A stretch of DNA of 63,641 bases, the filler included, from Folioceros fuciformis (taxonomy: Eukaryota): assembly GCA_049999805.1 (NCBI GenBank). It is 6 parts of 6 records of this genome, joined end to end, with 100 filler letters (N's around TTAATTAATTAA, not from the genome) between each part and the next. Parts side by side here need not be neighbours in the genome. Positions count along the whole stretch, not along the records: positions 34,725 to 42,039 come from JBNGIO010001392.1; positions 42,140 to 51,009 come from JBNGIO010001393.1; 4 more parts are not named here. One strand, given 5' to 3'. Position 1 is the first letter of the stretch. Every line of letters begins with the position of its first letter. This document shows, in pieces, positions 36,600 to 50,157 of this stretch. The notes beneath the pieces are model-generated. The model ran no database searches. It was not told where the DNA came from and saw nothing but the letters and a program-made list of their open reading frames with translations. The position numbers and the translations under genes were made by a program.

Positions 36600-39500
36600 A
36601 TAGTAGAGTGATTTCGTGTTGGGAGTTAAAGGTCGAACCGGGAGTAGTCTAAGATGGGAGGTAGTCGAAGCCCGACAATGGTCGTGGAATGTGGAAAGCG
36701 GTCGTAGAAGGAGCAACCGGTAGTGGAAGCCGGTAGCGGTCGTGGAAACAGGAACGGCGTCCAGAAGATGGAAACCGTAAGGGGAAGTCCAATTGTCCGG
36801 GGGCATTTTTGAAGTGCAGCGCAATCATGTCTGAAGCGGTGTCGGGGAGCGAACTGTGGGCAAACAGACACGCAAGCATCTAGGCTGAACAGGATGAACG
36901 TGGTGACCAGGGAAAAGGAAGTGGGTGCAACAACAGCGGCCATCTCCTAACAGGCTTGAGAAAATGCAAGGTTGTGAGGAGCAGGCTTAGGCGGTGGTGG
37001 CGGCATGCAAGCAAACCCTGGAATGGTGATGGATGGCAGAAGCGGCGGTTGAGCTAATGGTGGTTGATTCTTGCAGGAACGTCACATCCAAACCCATGGC
37101 GCAAGTGGAGATTGCCCTCTCGCCCAACATGGACCACTAGAGGGTCTGGGTAGGAGATTTAGTGGAGAAGCAGGGTCTCGAGTTCATGGCAAAACACTAG
37201 AATTATGCGAACTCGGGCATGGTGTAGGAGTGTGCACAGCAACTACGGGCTAAGGCGTCAATAGGAGGAATCAGGGACATACCATTGGATTCGGACCTGG
37301 ACTTGGTCAAGGCAGTCTATGGGTGCAGCGAGGAGAAAGCTGGAGGGATCGTAATTGAGTCCCTTTGGAAGCGGAGCACAGTGGCAACGACGGCATTATT
37401 CAAGGCGGGCATAAGATGGGAGCCCAACGGATGGTTGATGCGCAAGATGGCGTCTACTCAATTCATGGGCCTAGCCAAATAGCTACTCTACTTCCTATAG
37501 CACAAGAAGCAAGATTATCTATTTGACCATATGTTGTTGTTCTTACATGAGGTGGTCAAGAGAAGCAGAATCGACTAGGGGAAAATCATCTTCAACAGGC
37601 TGAGTGAGGAAAGGCAGAATCTAGCCTCCCCCACTCCTCAGCCGTCCCTTCCTTGTCCATTTGTACTCATATGTTAATTGCTTGCCAGAGTTGGACATTG
37701 TGGCTTCCTTGTACATGTGGCGGCTTGTTAGGGAGATTAAATGGAAGCCAGATGAGCCCAAGGAGTGTAGGGTTGATAAAGCCCAATGTGCTTAGATTAA
37801 TATGTTTAGTCTAAGATTAGCGTATAGTTAAGTACCATTAGTTTAGATTAGCTTAAGCTAATATGTATGAAGCTTCTTGCGCAGCTTTCTGTGCGCTTCT
37901 TGTGAAGCTTCCTAGGGAGCTCTTCTAGAGGGTATAAATAAGCTCCCTTGCTATTGAGACTTTGTGTGAGAGTGTGACCTCTCTTTTCTCCTCTCCTCCT
38001 TCACCATGTGGCTCCTCTAGCGATCCTTCAAGGAGGAGGTAGAGCTGGAGTCGAGCAGCTAAGAATTTGGAGCAACCGGCAGCTCAGAAGAAGAGGCCAC
38101 CGTCAGTAGGAAACGGAAGGCAGGAGGAAGCAGGAAGACTCCTGCGAAGAGAAGAAGGGCGAATGCGCGTGTCATCAGGTCCAAAGCGACTCTAAGAAGT
38201 CCCAATGAACACAAAGGGACTTCTGAAGATGAAAGGTAGAGAGGAATGCGCGATAGGTGGAGAGGGATTACTACGCTCTACAGGGCTAGGCGGGCGGGTC
38301 TCTGGCTTATCTAGGAAGAACAAGGCAACAGGAAACAGGACCTACAACAAGGTCCAATAAGATGTTGGTTTTGCTTGAAGGACAATTGGGAGCTAGTGAT
38401 GCGTCCCGACCTCTACACATGGCCAGGGAGCGCAGAAACTATGTAGGCTATCGCAAAATCACTCATCAACTTTCTGTCGACAGTCATAAACCTCCGATTG
38501 GTGCGCGCACAAAACCTCTTCGGCAAAGTCGACTGGCTCCTAGATTGAGGCTTTCCTAGCGCTGGCAGCGAACAACGATCAAGCTCTTGTGGTTGACCTC
38601 AGGGATCTTCCCTAAGGTGAGGGTAACCATCTGGTGTTTCTTACAAGCTTGCTGACCTAATGCAAACCGCTGGGACGGGTTGTTGGTGGCCACGGGGGAG
38701 GAATGTTGCAGGTTATATAGCGTTGGTGCCCCTCATAAAAGCCAACATATTTTCTTTCAATGCGATTATGCGCAAGGTATCTAGAATGAAGTTGGTTGGT
38801 GGCTACAAAGACTTCTCCCAGAAAGAGGCCTCTTGGTTACCAAGCAAACTGCCTTATTCGGGCTTGATGGCAGTCGGGAGGGCCACTTCTTCAATACCAA
38901 TGGTGGGGAGTGGTCTGGTCCTTGTCGTTGTTCTCCTTGTGGCAAAACTAGATAGCAATGGTTTATGGTGGGAATAAGCCGGCAACCAGGAAAGCTCTAG
39001 TATGGCGCACCTGAGAACAGGTCCTCGTAGTCGCGGAAAGCATTTGAATTTCTGCTCACACTAAGTTCAGACGGAAAGAGTGGAAACTAGTAGGTTTCCT
39101 TCGGCACAATGACGAATGGGACCACTCCTGCCTGTGGGGCAGGTAAGTCACATAGGGCCGGGTAGCTCCTACTCACAGAATAGTTGAGTTTTGCTTGCTT
39201 CTGTAACTTAGAATTAGCTAGCATGCTAATCCCTCATTCAGTTGCATATGCAATCATTGTGACTTGTTGTAGCCTAAACTGTGAACAATTAGATTTTTTT
39301 TCTTCGCAAAAAAGAAAAAAGCGATTCTCACGCTATAGGAGATGGCCAAGAAGACGGGGACCAAGCAGCAGGGCACCCCATCCACAGAATCAATTGAAGA
39401 GGCAACGCCAACGGAGGAGAAGCCTGCAGATGTGACTACAGGAATTTTGGAGAAATTAGGGCTGACCCCGACGGTGGAACCCTTCCCTGGATGGAAAGAA

Positions 39501-41000
39501 GTCTTTAAGGGCACTCCCCTGGTGGGGAATTTGCAGATGGAAGAGCTAGCTCGAGTGCGCACCCTACTGGAGAAGGGAATACTGGATAGAAGAATAGCTA
39601 CCGGCGGAACCCCTCCTCAGCAAGTGGATCTGCCAAGGTTGACATCGGCCATGGTCTAGGCATAGGCGGACATGCTGCATCAGGCCGCATTGGTGCTCTC
39701 TTGGTTGAGTATGCAGGGACAACAAGATGAGGTGGCATAGGTCAAGCTGGTTGAAGAGGAAGCGAAACGCAAACAGCAGGAAGAAGCCCAACAGGCCCTT
39801 GGCAAAGTGAGAGCTCAAGTGCAAGAAGAATTGCGCAAGGCACGGGAAGAGGTGCAAGCCATGAAGAATCAGTAGGAACTGCTGACCCAAGTCAGGAAGG
39901 CATATGAAGCAAATCAGGAAATGTAGCAAGAGTTGTTGTGCGCACAAGAGAAGAAAGTAGCCACTGTGGAAAGGGTCCAGAAGCTAGTGGACCGCTACAA
40001 ACGGGAACAAGATGAGGCCCGGAGTTGAGTCAAGGGGAAGGGCAAGGTCAAACGGAGCAGTAGGTCCACGACCGAGGTAGCGGAAGTCGCTACCGGTAGG
40101 AGAGAGACAACTCCAGTAGTGGGAAGTCCTACCGCGATTAGGGAAGCAGAGATAATCGTGGAACCAGCAACCGAGGTTGCTGAAACCCCTACTCACACCA
40201 GGAGGACTAGAATGGAGACAACCGCAAGCAAAGCGACAGGGGCACTCCAGCATCCTTGGTGGGCAGAGAGCAGACAGTCAGGGGTAGCCCACGAAAAGAG
40301 GGGGTAAGCACCTCATTTGCAACAAGGGGCCAAATTGTATTAAGGCACATGGATGAAGAGTCTTATATTCATGGTCTTTAAGTAAATGGAGATCATGTAC
40401 TTAACCTTACTGTCCATGTGCGCGCAGGAATAGGAGGGACCAGGGCCTACCGTCTGCAAGTGAGGTCCCGGAAGGGATGCTTCTTCCATTGTGCCCAAGT
40501 ATGAGGATTAACCCCCTATTATACGGAGCCAGTACTAAAGGAGCTCATGGAAGAGAAGGCACAGGCTTGGATGGAGGGAGAACCTATGCTAGTCCTTAGT
40601 AACAAGAGGGTAGTGGAGGAAGAGAGGACTCCAAGGTGGGCCCCACCCTTGCCCTGCCAAGATGAGGCAACCAACAGCAGGAGTGAGATGGAAATTTTAT
40701 GGGAGGATTTGCCTGATCAGCAGCATGGAAGGAGAGTTCGGGGATTTGGTGGCAGGGGAAGAAGGGCCAAAAGAATAGATAGGAGGAGGACTCGGCGCTA
40801 AGGTAGGCCAGAAGTTATTGCATCTTAAAAATAGAATTTAGATAAGATTTGGCAAGATGCTATCTTGGACTTGATGCCGCCCGTAATTAAGGGCGCCTTT
40901 CAAGTTGGTTGTTTTTAGACCCAGACTCTATGGCGGGATGTGACACCCCCTCTACAAACTTAGTATAAAGTTTGTTGAAGATTGGGAAAGATTGTTGAAG
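36600..41000. mobile_element. Degenerate LTR-retrotransposon-like (Gypsy-like) region with accessory ORF remnants
   Basis: Minus-strand PPT GTAGAGGGGG followed by TGTCACATCCC at 40955-40935. Broken + strand ORFs include a plant-transposon-protein-like RID*GKIIFNRL (~37570), a zf-RVT remnant (~38560-38990) and a coiled-coil ORF (39342-40300). Boundaries are approximate. Confidence 0.4.
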
Positions 41001-42039
41001 ATTGTTGGAGATTTGTGGACATTGCTAGAGGATTGGAGACATTTGAAATCAGGCCTATGATAAACAAGTGTAAACTAGAGCTCTTGTGTGTTTTCCATGT
41101 GTGGAGAGTCTTGCATGTCTATGTGAAGGAGTGTGGCTGATTCACGGGGTGTTGTTTCTCAAATATTAGCATTTGCATGTGTGGAGAGCATCCAATAAGG
41201 CCAGATCTGTGAGTCTGGAAGCCTTGAGGGCAGAAACCCGTGGTGGACCTGCAGTGGCACATGCGCCGGAAAAAATATTAGTTAGGGTTTTGGGTGGGTC
41301 CCACCACGGTGTGGAAACAACTATCGGTTGTGGAACCAGCAACTGTGGTCATGGACTGGGAACCGGAGTCGTAGAGTAGTGTTCGCGGTAGCTGGGCTAA
41401 CTAGGGGTAGTAATAGCTAAGCTGGTAGGTAGTAGGGGTGGTAGTAGGTGAGTCTTGACTGAGGTAAGGGTTAGTAGTGATAAGAGTTAGCGTTCCTTGG
41501 CACAAATCATTCCCTTGGGAGCGAATCATATGACTACAATGACATAAAGGGTGAATGTGGACCTCACGTTGTCTCTAGACACAAGATTTTACTCCACAGT
41601 ATGGACGAAGGACGATTGCACAGTGTGGACTTTGCAAGTTGTGAACATCTTGCGAAAATTGTATGGGCGTGCTTGAGAGATGTCGCAACAAAGCAATGTG
41701 GTGAAGTGCAACTGGAAGAAATGAACGAGGGGGTTCAGGCAATAACGGGTGCTTATCGAAACTGCATGGTGGACAATGTGTATGTGGAGAGGATGAGGAT
41801 ACCAACTTGTCTATGTTGTGAGTGAGATGTGTTGAGCGTGATAATGTAAACAACCAATTGTAATGGAAATGATGTTGATTGTAGAGTAGTTTTGAGCAAA
41901 CTGAAGCCATATTTGGGTTGAGTAGAAGCGGAGAACCCTAGATGTTCTATTGTGTCTAGCATTGAACTTGGTGCAACCAATAGACCGGGCAAAAGGTAAG
42001 AAGGGGCAGGGAGTAGGTAGGGAGCACATGGTACAACGG

Positions 42040-42139
42040 NNNNNNNNNNNNNNNNNNNNNNNNNNNNNNNNNNNNNNNNNNNNTTAATTAATTAANNNNN
42101 NNNNNNNNNNNNNNNNNNNNNNNNNNNNNNNNNNNNNNN
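42040..42139. other. Artificial contig spacer
   Basis: 44N-TTAATTAATTAA-44N. Confidence 0.97.
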
Positions 42140-42340
42140 ACGCCGGGAATCTGGATCCGGCGCCCGGGAGATGCAGGCATGGAGCAAGGTTGCAGGGCAG
42201 GGCTCGGGCTCGGAGATGGCGGGCGCAGGCTGGAGAGGGCTTCTCCGGGCGGCAGGGGTCCTGACTAACGCCTTCTTGCGCTGGTAGGGGAAGGGACTTG
42301 GATTTGGCGGGGAGGGAGGGTTGGAGGGCCAGGGAGGATC

Positions 42341-45300
42341 ATGAGGCCGGCCTCGGAGGGGCCTCCCGCGACGCTGGCGTTGGGACAGTTTCTCATCAGC
42401 AGGATCACGGAGGTCGCCAGCGCGGCTAAGGACGTGGTGGTGGAGCAAGACAGTTTTTTGCAGTTTGCGGGATACTTGGAGAACATTTTGCCCGTGGTGA
42501 TCGAGCTGTACAAGGGAGGGGATGCCTCCACGGAGGTGCAGGATATCTTGGAGGGGCTGAAAGAGGATCTTGATAATGCCAACGAGTTGATCATCGTGTG
42601 CACCACGAAGAGCAAGATATATCTGCTCACGCACTGTCGGTCCATCCTGAAGCAGCTGGAGAAAATCACGCGTGATGTCGGGGGGAGGTTGCGCGACGTG
42701 CCGCTCGCGGCCGTGCTCGGCCACCAGGATACTAAGGCGTTGGGTGATGGTTTGGCGAGGGACATGCAGAATGTTCATTTCAGGGTGAAGGAGACCGAGG
42801 AGCGGATCTGCCTTACGCTGGAGCGGAAGAACAGTAATATACGGAACGATGTCGCCGTGCAAACTGGGATCTTGATGGATATTGCGAGGTCCGTGGGGGT
42901 GAGTGATCTTGGGAGGAACCCGAGTGCGCTGAAGAATGAGATTGAGTTGCTCAGGTCGGATCTGCAGGATTCCATAGAAGCCTATGACGTTCACATGCTG
43001 GAGGTCATTGATAGTATCTTCGACAGCTGGGTGCAGTTCTATGAGCATCCTTCTCCTTCGGAGGTGTCTGGGCCAGTACACAGGGACCACAGACGGGTGG
43101 AGCCTCTTTACGAAGCGTTCGTGTGCCCCCTGAGCAAGAAAGTTATGCGGGATCCTGTCACGCTGGAGACTGGACAGACCTACGAGAGGGGTGCAATAGA
43201 AAGCTGGTTCAGAGAATGCCAGGAGAATGACAAGGCTCCCGTATGCCCTATGACTGGAAAGCAGCTAGAGAGCACTGTGCTGAAGCCGAGTTTTGCTCTG
43301 CGAAATACCATAGAGGAATGGACGTTTAGGACCGAGGGAGCCAGGATTGATAACGCGCGCCTGGATCTTGTGGACAGAAGTTCTGAAGCTGATAAGTTGT
43401 ATGGTCTGCAAGATCTGCAGGCTCTGTGCATACAGAATAAGTACAACCGGGATAGGATCAGGGACGCTGGCCTCATTCCGCTGATTGCTGAACGTTTGAA
43501 GGATGCTTCTCAAGTGAGATCCTATGCCCTTGTTACTCTGCGCATTCTTGCAGAAGACCACGAGGAGAACCGGGTAAGCTTTTGGCCTTGACAATGTTAG
43601 AGTCACAATACAACAAGTTCGAAGTTGGAGGGTTCTCATTTTGCGTGTGTGTATTGGTATGCTCGTTTGCAGGATGCTGTTGGAAGGACCGATGCTATTC
43701 GAACTTGTGTGAAATGGTTGAATAGGGACTCACCCCAAGAGCGAGAGGAGGCTGCGTCCCTGTTGTTGGAGCTCTCTCATAGTTTACCTCTTTGTGAGAA
43801 GATAGGTGCAACCAATGGAGCTATTTTGATCCTCGTGGGCATGACGAGCAGCAACTCTGTCGACCTAGTCTGTGCAGGTAAGGCAGAAAGAACATTGGAA
43901 AATTTGGAGGGCTGTGACCAAAATGTTCGCCAGATGGCCGAAAATGGGCGCCTGCAACCTCTCCTCAGAAGACTAGTTCGAGGTAAATGTTGTTTTGTGC
44001 GGTAGAAGCTCTTGCCGACTGGGGTGTTTTCCAAGGGTTGTGTGGGGTTTTAGCTGGTCCGTTTGTTGGGAGAAGGTTCTCCCCATGTCCTGATTGCCTC
44101 ATGCTGGCCAGCATCGGCTTCTGTCCACCGTCTGGTTTTTCACTCGTTTGCCGTGGCAGGTTCGGAAGAAATGCAGATCGACATGGCAAATGACCTTGCC
44201 AATGTTCCCTTGACAGGGGAAGGAAAAGCAAGGGTGGTGGAGGTTGGGGGAGCGACTCTTGTTGACATGCTAAGCAGTAAGAAGTTGGCAGCACATGAGG
44301 CTGCACTGAAAGCTTTGAAGAGTCTCTCCATCCTTGAGAGCAATTCGAAGTTACTTATAGATGCTGGAATCCTTCCACCACTTGTGAAGGATCTTTTTGT
44401 ATCGGGAGTTAATCAGGTTCCTATGAGGGTGAAAGAGGTGTCAGCAACAGTTCTTGCACAGGTGGTGAGCTCTGGAGAAGATTTCGAGTTTGTTCCTATT
44501 GATGACAAAGGTAACACCTTGGCGTCGGAGGTGATCATTCATGATTTCCTCCATCTTATCAGTAATACTGGCCCAGCTATCGAGGCAAAGTTGCTTCAGG
44601 TGCTTGTGGGCTTGGCATCTTCTCCAAGTATCCTGACGAAGGTAGTGGCATCCATAAAAAGTGCTGGTGCCATCGTAACCCTGATCCAGTTTTTGGAGGC
44701 CCCACAGAAGGATCTTCGGGGGATTTCTCTCAAGTTACTCAATCGACTGTCGCCTTACATGGGACAAGAGCTGGCAGATGGGCTTAGAGTGACGACACGG
44801 CAGTTGGGAACGCTCGTGAAGCTTCTTGAATCAGCAGGAATTATGGACGAGCAAGCTGCAGCAGCTGGGCTTCTGGCGAATCTTCCACCAACAGATGCGG
44901 ACCTCACACGCGCTCTTTTAGATGAGAATGCTTTGTATGTATTAGTGAGTCGGATCGAGGAACTGAGGAGGGGTACTGTGAGAGGAGCTAGTCGGCTTAC
45001 GAATCCATTCCAAGAAGGCGTAGTGGGAACTCTTGCAAGATTCACCTTTAAGCTGGATGATGCTGATATACTTCACCTTGCCAAGCAGTATGATCTCGTC
45101 GCCCTCTTCACCTCATTACTGAAGTCGAATCTGGATGAAGTGCAGTACTGGTCTGCGATTGCGCTCGAAAATCTGTCGTCAAAGTCAAAAGAGCTATCCG
45201 AGTATCCAGAGGTTCCACAGCCGACGGGCTGCTTCGCCTGCTTCAAGCCTCCGCCACCTCCACCCAGAGGTCTTTGTGTAATTCATGGAGGTCAGTGCTC

Positions 45301-45721
45301 ACCGAACACGTCTTTTTGTCTTCTGGAGGCACAAGCAGTAGTACCTCTTGTTGGTCTACTGGACAGTGCAAACCCTGCCACTGTGGAGGCAGCGATGGGG
45401 GCCCTGTGTACCCTGATCAGGGATGGGGTCGATGTGGAGAGAGGAGTGCGTGTGCTTTTTACTGAGCATGCCTTCCAACCTATCTTGCTAATATTGCAAG
45501 CTCATAGGACAGAGCTTCTGAGAGAGCGGGCTGTGTGGATGGTTGAAAGAATCCTGCGTACCGGAGATATGGCAGGGATGATTTCCGCAGATCCTAACGT
45601 ACATACAGCACTGGTGGACGCTTTCAAATATGGACATTATACTACCCGTCAGCTCGCCGAGGCAGCTTTGAAACACTTGAATAGAATACCAATTTTCTCA
45701 GGTGTGTTCCCCAGGATGTGA
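42341..45721 (+). CDS. PUB44: U-box/ARM-repeat E3 ubiquitin ligase, SAUL1/PUB43-44 type; exons 42341-43573, 43673-43982, 44160-45721 (~1034 aa)
   Basis: U-box EPLYEAFVCPLSKKVMRDPVTLETGQTYERGAIESWF...CPMT...LRNTIEEW; ARM region with HLISNTGPAIEAKLL, GLCVIHGGQCS..SFCLLEA and ERAVWMVERILR; C-terminal ALKHLNRIPIFSGVF. The GT-AG introns preserve the frame. Confidence 0.92.
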
Positions 45722-47282
45722 CGGAGGGTGAGCGGACTACTGGCTTCCCGTGATGCTTGTAATGAGGCTTGGTAATGGGCAGCGTTGTATCCCTTGCTCA
45801 TGCTACTTACAAGGGTGCAGCGACTCACATGTTTCTCGTAGTGTCTAGGGCGGGGCCTTGTATTTTTTTCTTCGACAATTCTTTGTGGTGTATGTGAAAT
45901 TGGTTTTATAGTTTGTGGCCTGGAGAATCGTGCGTGATGCTCTCCCGCCCTGCCTGTGCTGGTTTCCGCCACACCGTGGAGGGAGGGAGGCTCGAAATCT
46001 CGATACGATATACCCCGGCCCCCTTTGCCCCTCCTGTGTGTGTACGGATGTGTGCCACTGGTTGACAAATTTCAATCATCACCAGCGTTTTGTTAGAAAT
46101 AGAAAGAGGCATTCATACTTTTGTATATTATGTACATTACCCAGAGGCACAGGCGAAGCGATGGCAAAGGCAGAGGAGAGGAGTTAGTTGCTATTATTAT
46201 CCCTTCTTCCTAGTGTGTTCTTACATCTTACTGTAGATATTAGGTAGTGTCTTAACAGATATTTTACGTGCATACAGTATACGCACCATCCCAAGACACT
46301 CTGTGCGTGTGAGACATGCAATGGACATACACCAAATGGTGCTGAAAAATCGTATTATGTAGTAGAAATCGCGCAATTGGAGCTCACCCTCAGGGTCCGG
46401 GACTTCCCGTCTTTCTCACGTGCACTCCTGCAGTGTCCTCCTCCGCTGCGTGCCGCGGGTAGCCAGCCGCGCGACAAATTTTTTGCAACCATGGGCGCCA
46501 CTTGATCAGGTGTCAGCTTGCTGCATGCGGTCCGGGTGGATATCGCAGTGCGTAGTGGAAGAGCCGCAAATTCCGATCCGCCAGCTGCCCGCGCGCCAGC
46601 CCGGGGATCAGATTGCATCAAAGCACGGATGTGCGGATGCGGGTGTGGGCTCTCCAGGTCCTTCTTCCGGCGCTGGCTGTAGGTGCGGGTGCGCTTCTTT
46701 GCCCTCCGTTGGGTCGGGGAGCCCTGCCACAGGGGTTTTTTCCTGCGTTGCACCGTCGCCTGGCTGGCGCTGGATCACCTTCTGAGGGATCTGTGACGCC
46801 TGGACTGTGTTTTGACCAAATGCGGGAGCGGTGGCAGATTTTGAATTGAACCGGTTTTCATGGCGGAATGGACATTTCTGTAGAGTGCACTACGCTGGTC
46901 AGGTAAGGGTTGTGTGCAGCGCGCGGTAGTACGGGGAGGAGGCGGGAAAAACAGATCCAATGTTGCGCTACCAGGTGACGGTGGTGGATGTGGTCAAGGC
47001 CGGGCTGCTGGATTCTCATTAGCTTGGGTATCATGGATGGGACAGCAAATATCGGTGATCGGTTTAGTGATGTGACAGTTTCGTGAGTGTAGTGGTGTTG
47101 GATGGCTGTGGAGATTGTGACGATCGGCGAAGTAGTGCGTTGTAGCTACAGATTCCACCGTGCAGGAAGGGAGCTGCATGGGGCATCGTGGCTGTTCCAA
47201 CTTGTTGCGGTGCGCTCGTCACGGCTCTTTGTCTTCTCTGCTTCCGAACAGTAGGGCTAACTTCTGCTGCTCCGGCGTGAAT

Positions 47283-49081
47283 ATGGCCAGTAGGCTTTCC
47301 TCCTCTTCCTCTGTTTCCAGTGCCTCCAGCAGCGGCGATTCCAGCTTATTATATGCCCGCGGGTGCATTGAACATAAGGTCACGAAGCTGGACACCCTGG
47401 CGGGGGTGGCCATCAAGTATGGTGTCGAGGTAAATATCTCTGTTGGCAGCATCGGGGTGATGGCATGGCTGCAAATGGTTTTGGACCACATACTTAGGTT
47501 AGATCTTGTAGCTCCCTCCTGTAGTGGATCAAGATGGTTGCGATCTCAAGGATAGCGGGCACAATGTACTGCTCAGTATGAACGTGAGGCTCAAGATTGA
47601 ACTCACGACACGCAGCCCTGCTGCTCAGTCTCACGTCCATCTTGAGTAGTAGGTTCTGTCGAGTAAGAAATGGTGGATGTGCATGTATGTCCCAAGTCAC
47701 TTCTTTTATGTGGTTACACCTTGCAGCACAAACCTTGTTCTCGTTTATTTGTGAAGTGGACTAGAACTTAACTTGAGGAGTTCACTGTGCAGGTTGCGGA
47801 CATTAAACGCATGAACGGATTACAGACAGACATTCAAATGTTTGGTCTTCAAACTTTGAGAATACCTCTTCCTGGGAGGCACCCGCCGGCTGCCGTGTTG
47901 TCCAGTGATCAATCCAGTCCGAGGTAAGTCGGGGGCCCACAGTTTAGAGGTCCACGCAAACGTAAAGAAGGGTATCTTGGGTGGAAAACATTTTGGCCGG
48001 GGTTTTTAGGTGCTCCAGCAGGCTCTTTGATCTTGGTTGCAATTGATTGATCCAAGTTTGACTGCTGAATAGGTTTGAGGAGGTTCATCCGTCTTCTCGT
48101 TTGAAAAAACATACCCAATTCAAGTATGGCTCGTTGGCAAACCCGAAAGCCCAAAAGCCTTCTGACAAGAGGACTGTGACATCTGCAATGGGACTTCTCA
48201 GAGGGTACTATGGACTCACATCCCCGAGCACCAAGGTTACTGATGAGGGCATGGAGATGGCGGTCTACAAGTCGGACAGTGAATGTCACTCCGAGGATGA
48301 ACCTTTTTCACCCCCATGTCTGCCCGGGCTGTCGGGTCAAGGTAGCTGGTTGTGCGGTGATAAGCCGGTTGTCAGCGACGCTAGGGCAACTGGTTTTGAC
48401 AATCACATTTTGACAGTAACTAAGCAAGAGCTGTATGCTGTGGAGCCTGTCACCACTGTCATGCCTGGGCATTACAGAAGACCTAGTCGAGAGTCACCTG
48501 GGCTATCTAGTAGCGAGTTTTTCAATATGCCTGAGCACCATAGGAGGCCCAGTCGAGAGAGACTGGAGATATCTGGTAATGCTGGTGATGTCATTGATGT
48601 AGACAGGATGGGTGAAAGGCCTGTGAGGAGGCGCCCTAAGGTGGAGGGTACGGCCTCCTTGGTTGATTCACCTTCAGAGATAACAGAAAAACAGGATGCA
48701 GGTGGTGTAGATAGAACCATTTCCCCTGCAAGGCCTCCCTTCTCAGCCAGGACTTTGGGCTTATGGTTGCGAGAACCAGAGACACCTCCCCCCTTACCAC
48801 GACCCCCGTCAAATGGTGTGCAATGCAGTGGCGGGGAAGGTGGGGTCAGCCAAGGAGGAAGTGGGGGGAGGGTCATGGGATCCTCTATGCTAGGAGGAAA
48901 CTCAGTAGAGAACTTGCTGTCGAAGATACGTCGAACAGCAAGTGCGGACAAGTTTCCTTTTATCACTCCTTCGAGGAACCGAGACTCTCCTGGCCCTCCA
49001 CAGGTATCCAGCCAAAGTGGTCCACTTTCAGGCTTGGTCAAGCCCAGCAGCACACGTCGTAACAAGGCAGCCTTAGATTAA
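47283..49081 (+). CDS. LysM-domain (putative peptidoglycan-binding) protein; exons 47283-47429, 47793-47923, 48073-49081
   Basis: LysM IEHKVTKLDTLAGVAIKYGVE|VADIKRMNGLQTDIQMFGLQTLRIPLPGRHPP, then AMGLLRGYYGL, EGMEMAVY and a C-terminal RRNKAALD typical of this plant family. Splice phases are consistent. Confidence 0.9.
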
Positions 49082-50157
49082 TACCTTCAACACACTTGGA
49101 TGACGCTGTGCTTGTCTCCAGTGCACAATAATGGCACGGATTATAGTCACCCGGATTCGGTCATCAGGTTCATCTTCATGTAGCTGCGTCTTAGTTCTGA
49201 ACCTCCCCATTCTTTGCCAGTGAGTCCATTGTCGTGCTCTGAGGCATGTCCTGTATCCTGCATTATTTCGTTTTTGAGGTTGTCTGTTTTCCTCATCAAT
49301 CTGCAGGTGAGGTAACGAGTGCGCGGCATCTCAAGTCTGGGCTGGCAGTTATTGACCTGTGGCCTGTTCGTCCGTGCTGTAATCTCCTCCAGGTGCAGTA
49401 AGCTCCTCTCCCACTCACTCACTGTCTGCCCAGCGGTGGCTCGTTGGCCGTACACCATTGGCAGCGACCCTCGAAGCACAGACGGGTTACCCGCCACCAT
49501 ATCCCACCATACTTACTACTCTGTAGTGTCTCAGGTCTATCACTGCCAGGAAACCAACCATTTGCGTCGAGCCTCGAAGCATACATATGTAGCTGGCCTT
49601 GCCTTTGTGATTTCCTTTTCTATCACTCCCATGTGATTCAGTCCTGGTCCTCCATCTCTACACCCAGATTCTGGTTTCTGTCCAAAGCAGCTGGTCAGCT
49701 CCCGTTGTCACGCCGTAGGTGCAGGCGTCGTACAGTCAAATTGTACAGCTTTTCGTTCTCATTGTTCAGAAGAGCACAAGAGAAGCCCAGCCCAACTGGT
49801 TGCGGCTTCGTCTCCTGGGTGTACATATGTACCTTCCGTGTTCACCATAGAAACGCAAGTGGAGCTTCGCGGCAAGGCCGTCATCCAATGAGAGGACCAG
49901 TGTGAAAGGTGAAGGACAGGAAAACAGGTCCGTGAAACTGGAACCTGTGGTCTATGACCAGTCCGCGTCTGAATCTCTCGATCCACCGTACCAGTCAAGT
50001 ACAAGCGGTGGGTCCTGGGTAGGTTTAAAAGTGGAACGAAGGAGCTCAGTTCTTGCAAGCGTGCTTTCCCGGAAGGACGGTAAGCGAACACGTTTTCTAT
50101 CCGGAACAGACGTGACAAACTGCGCGGTTCCTATGTCATCACACTGCACCTAGACTG

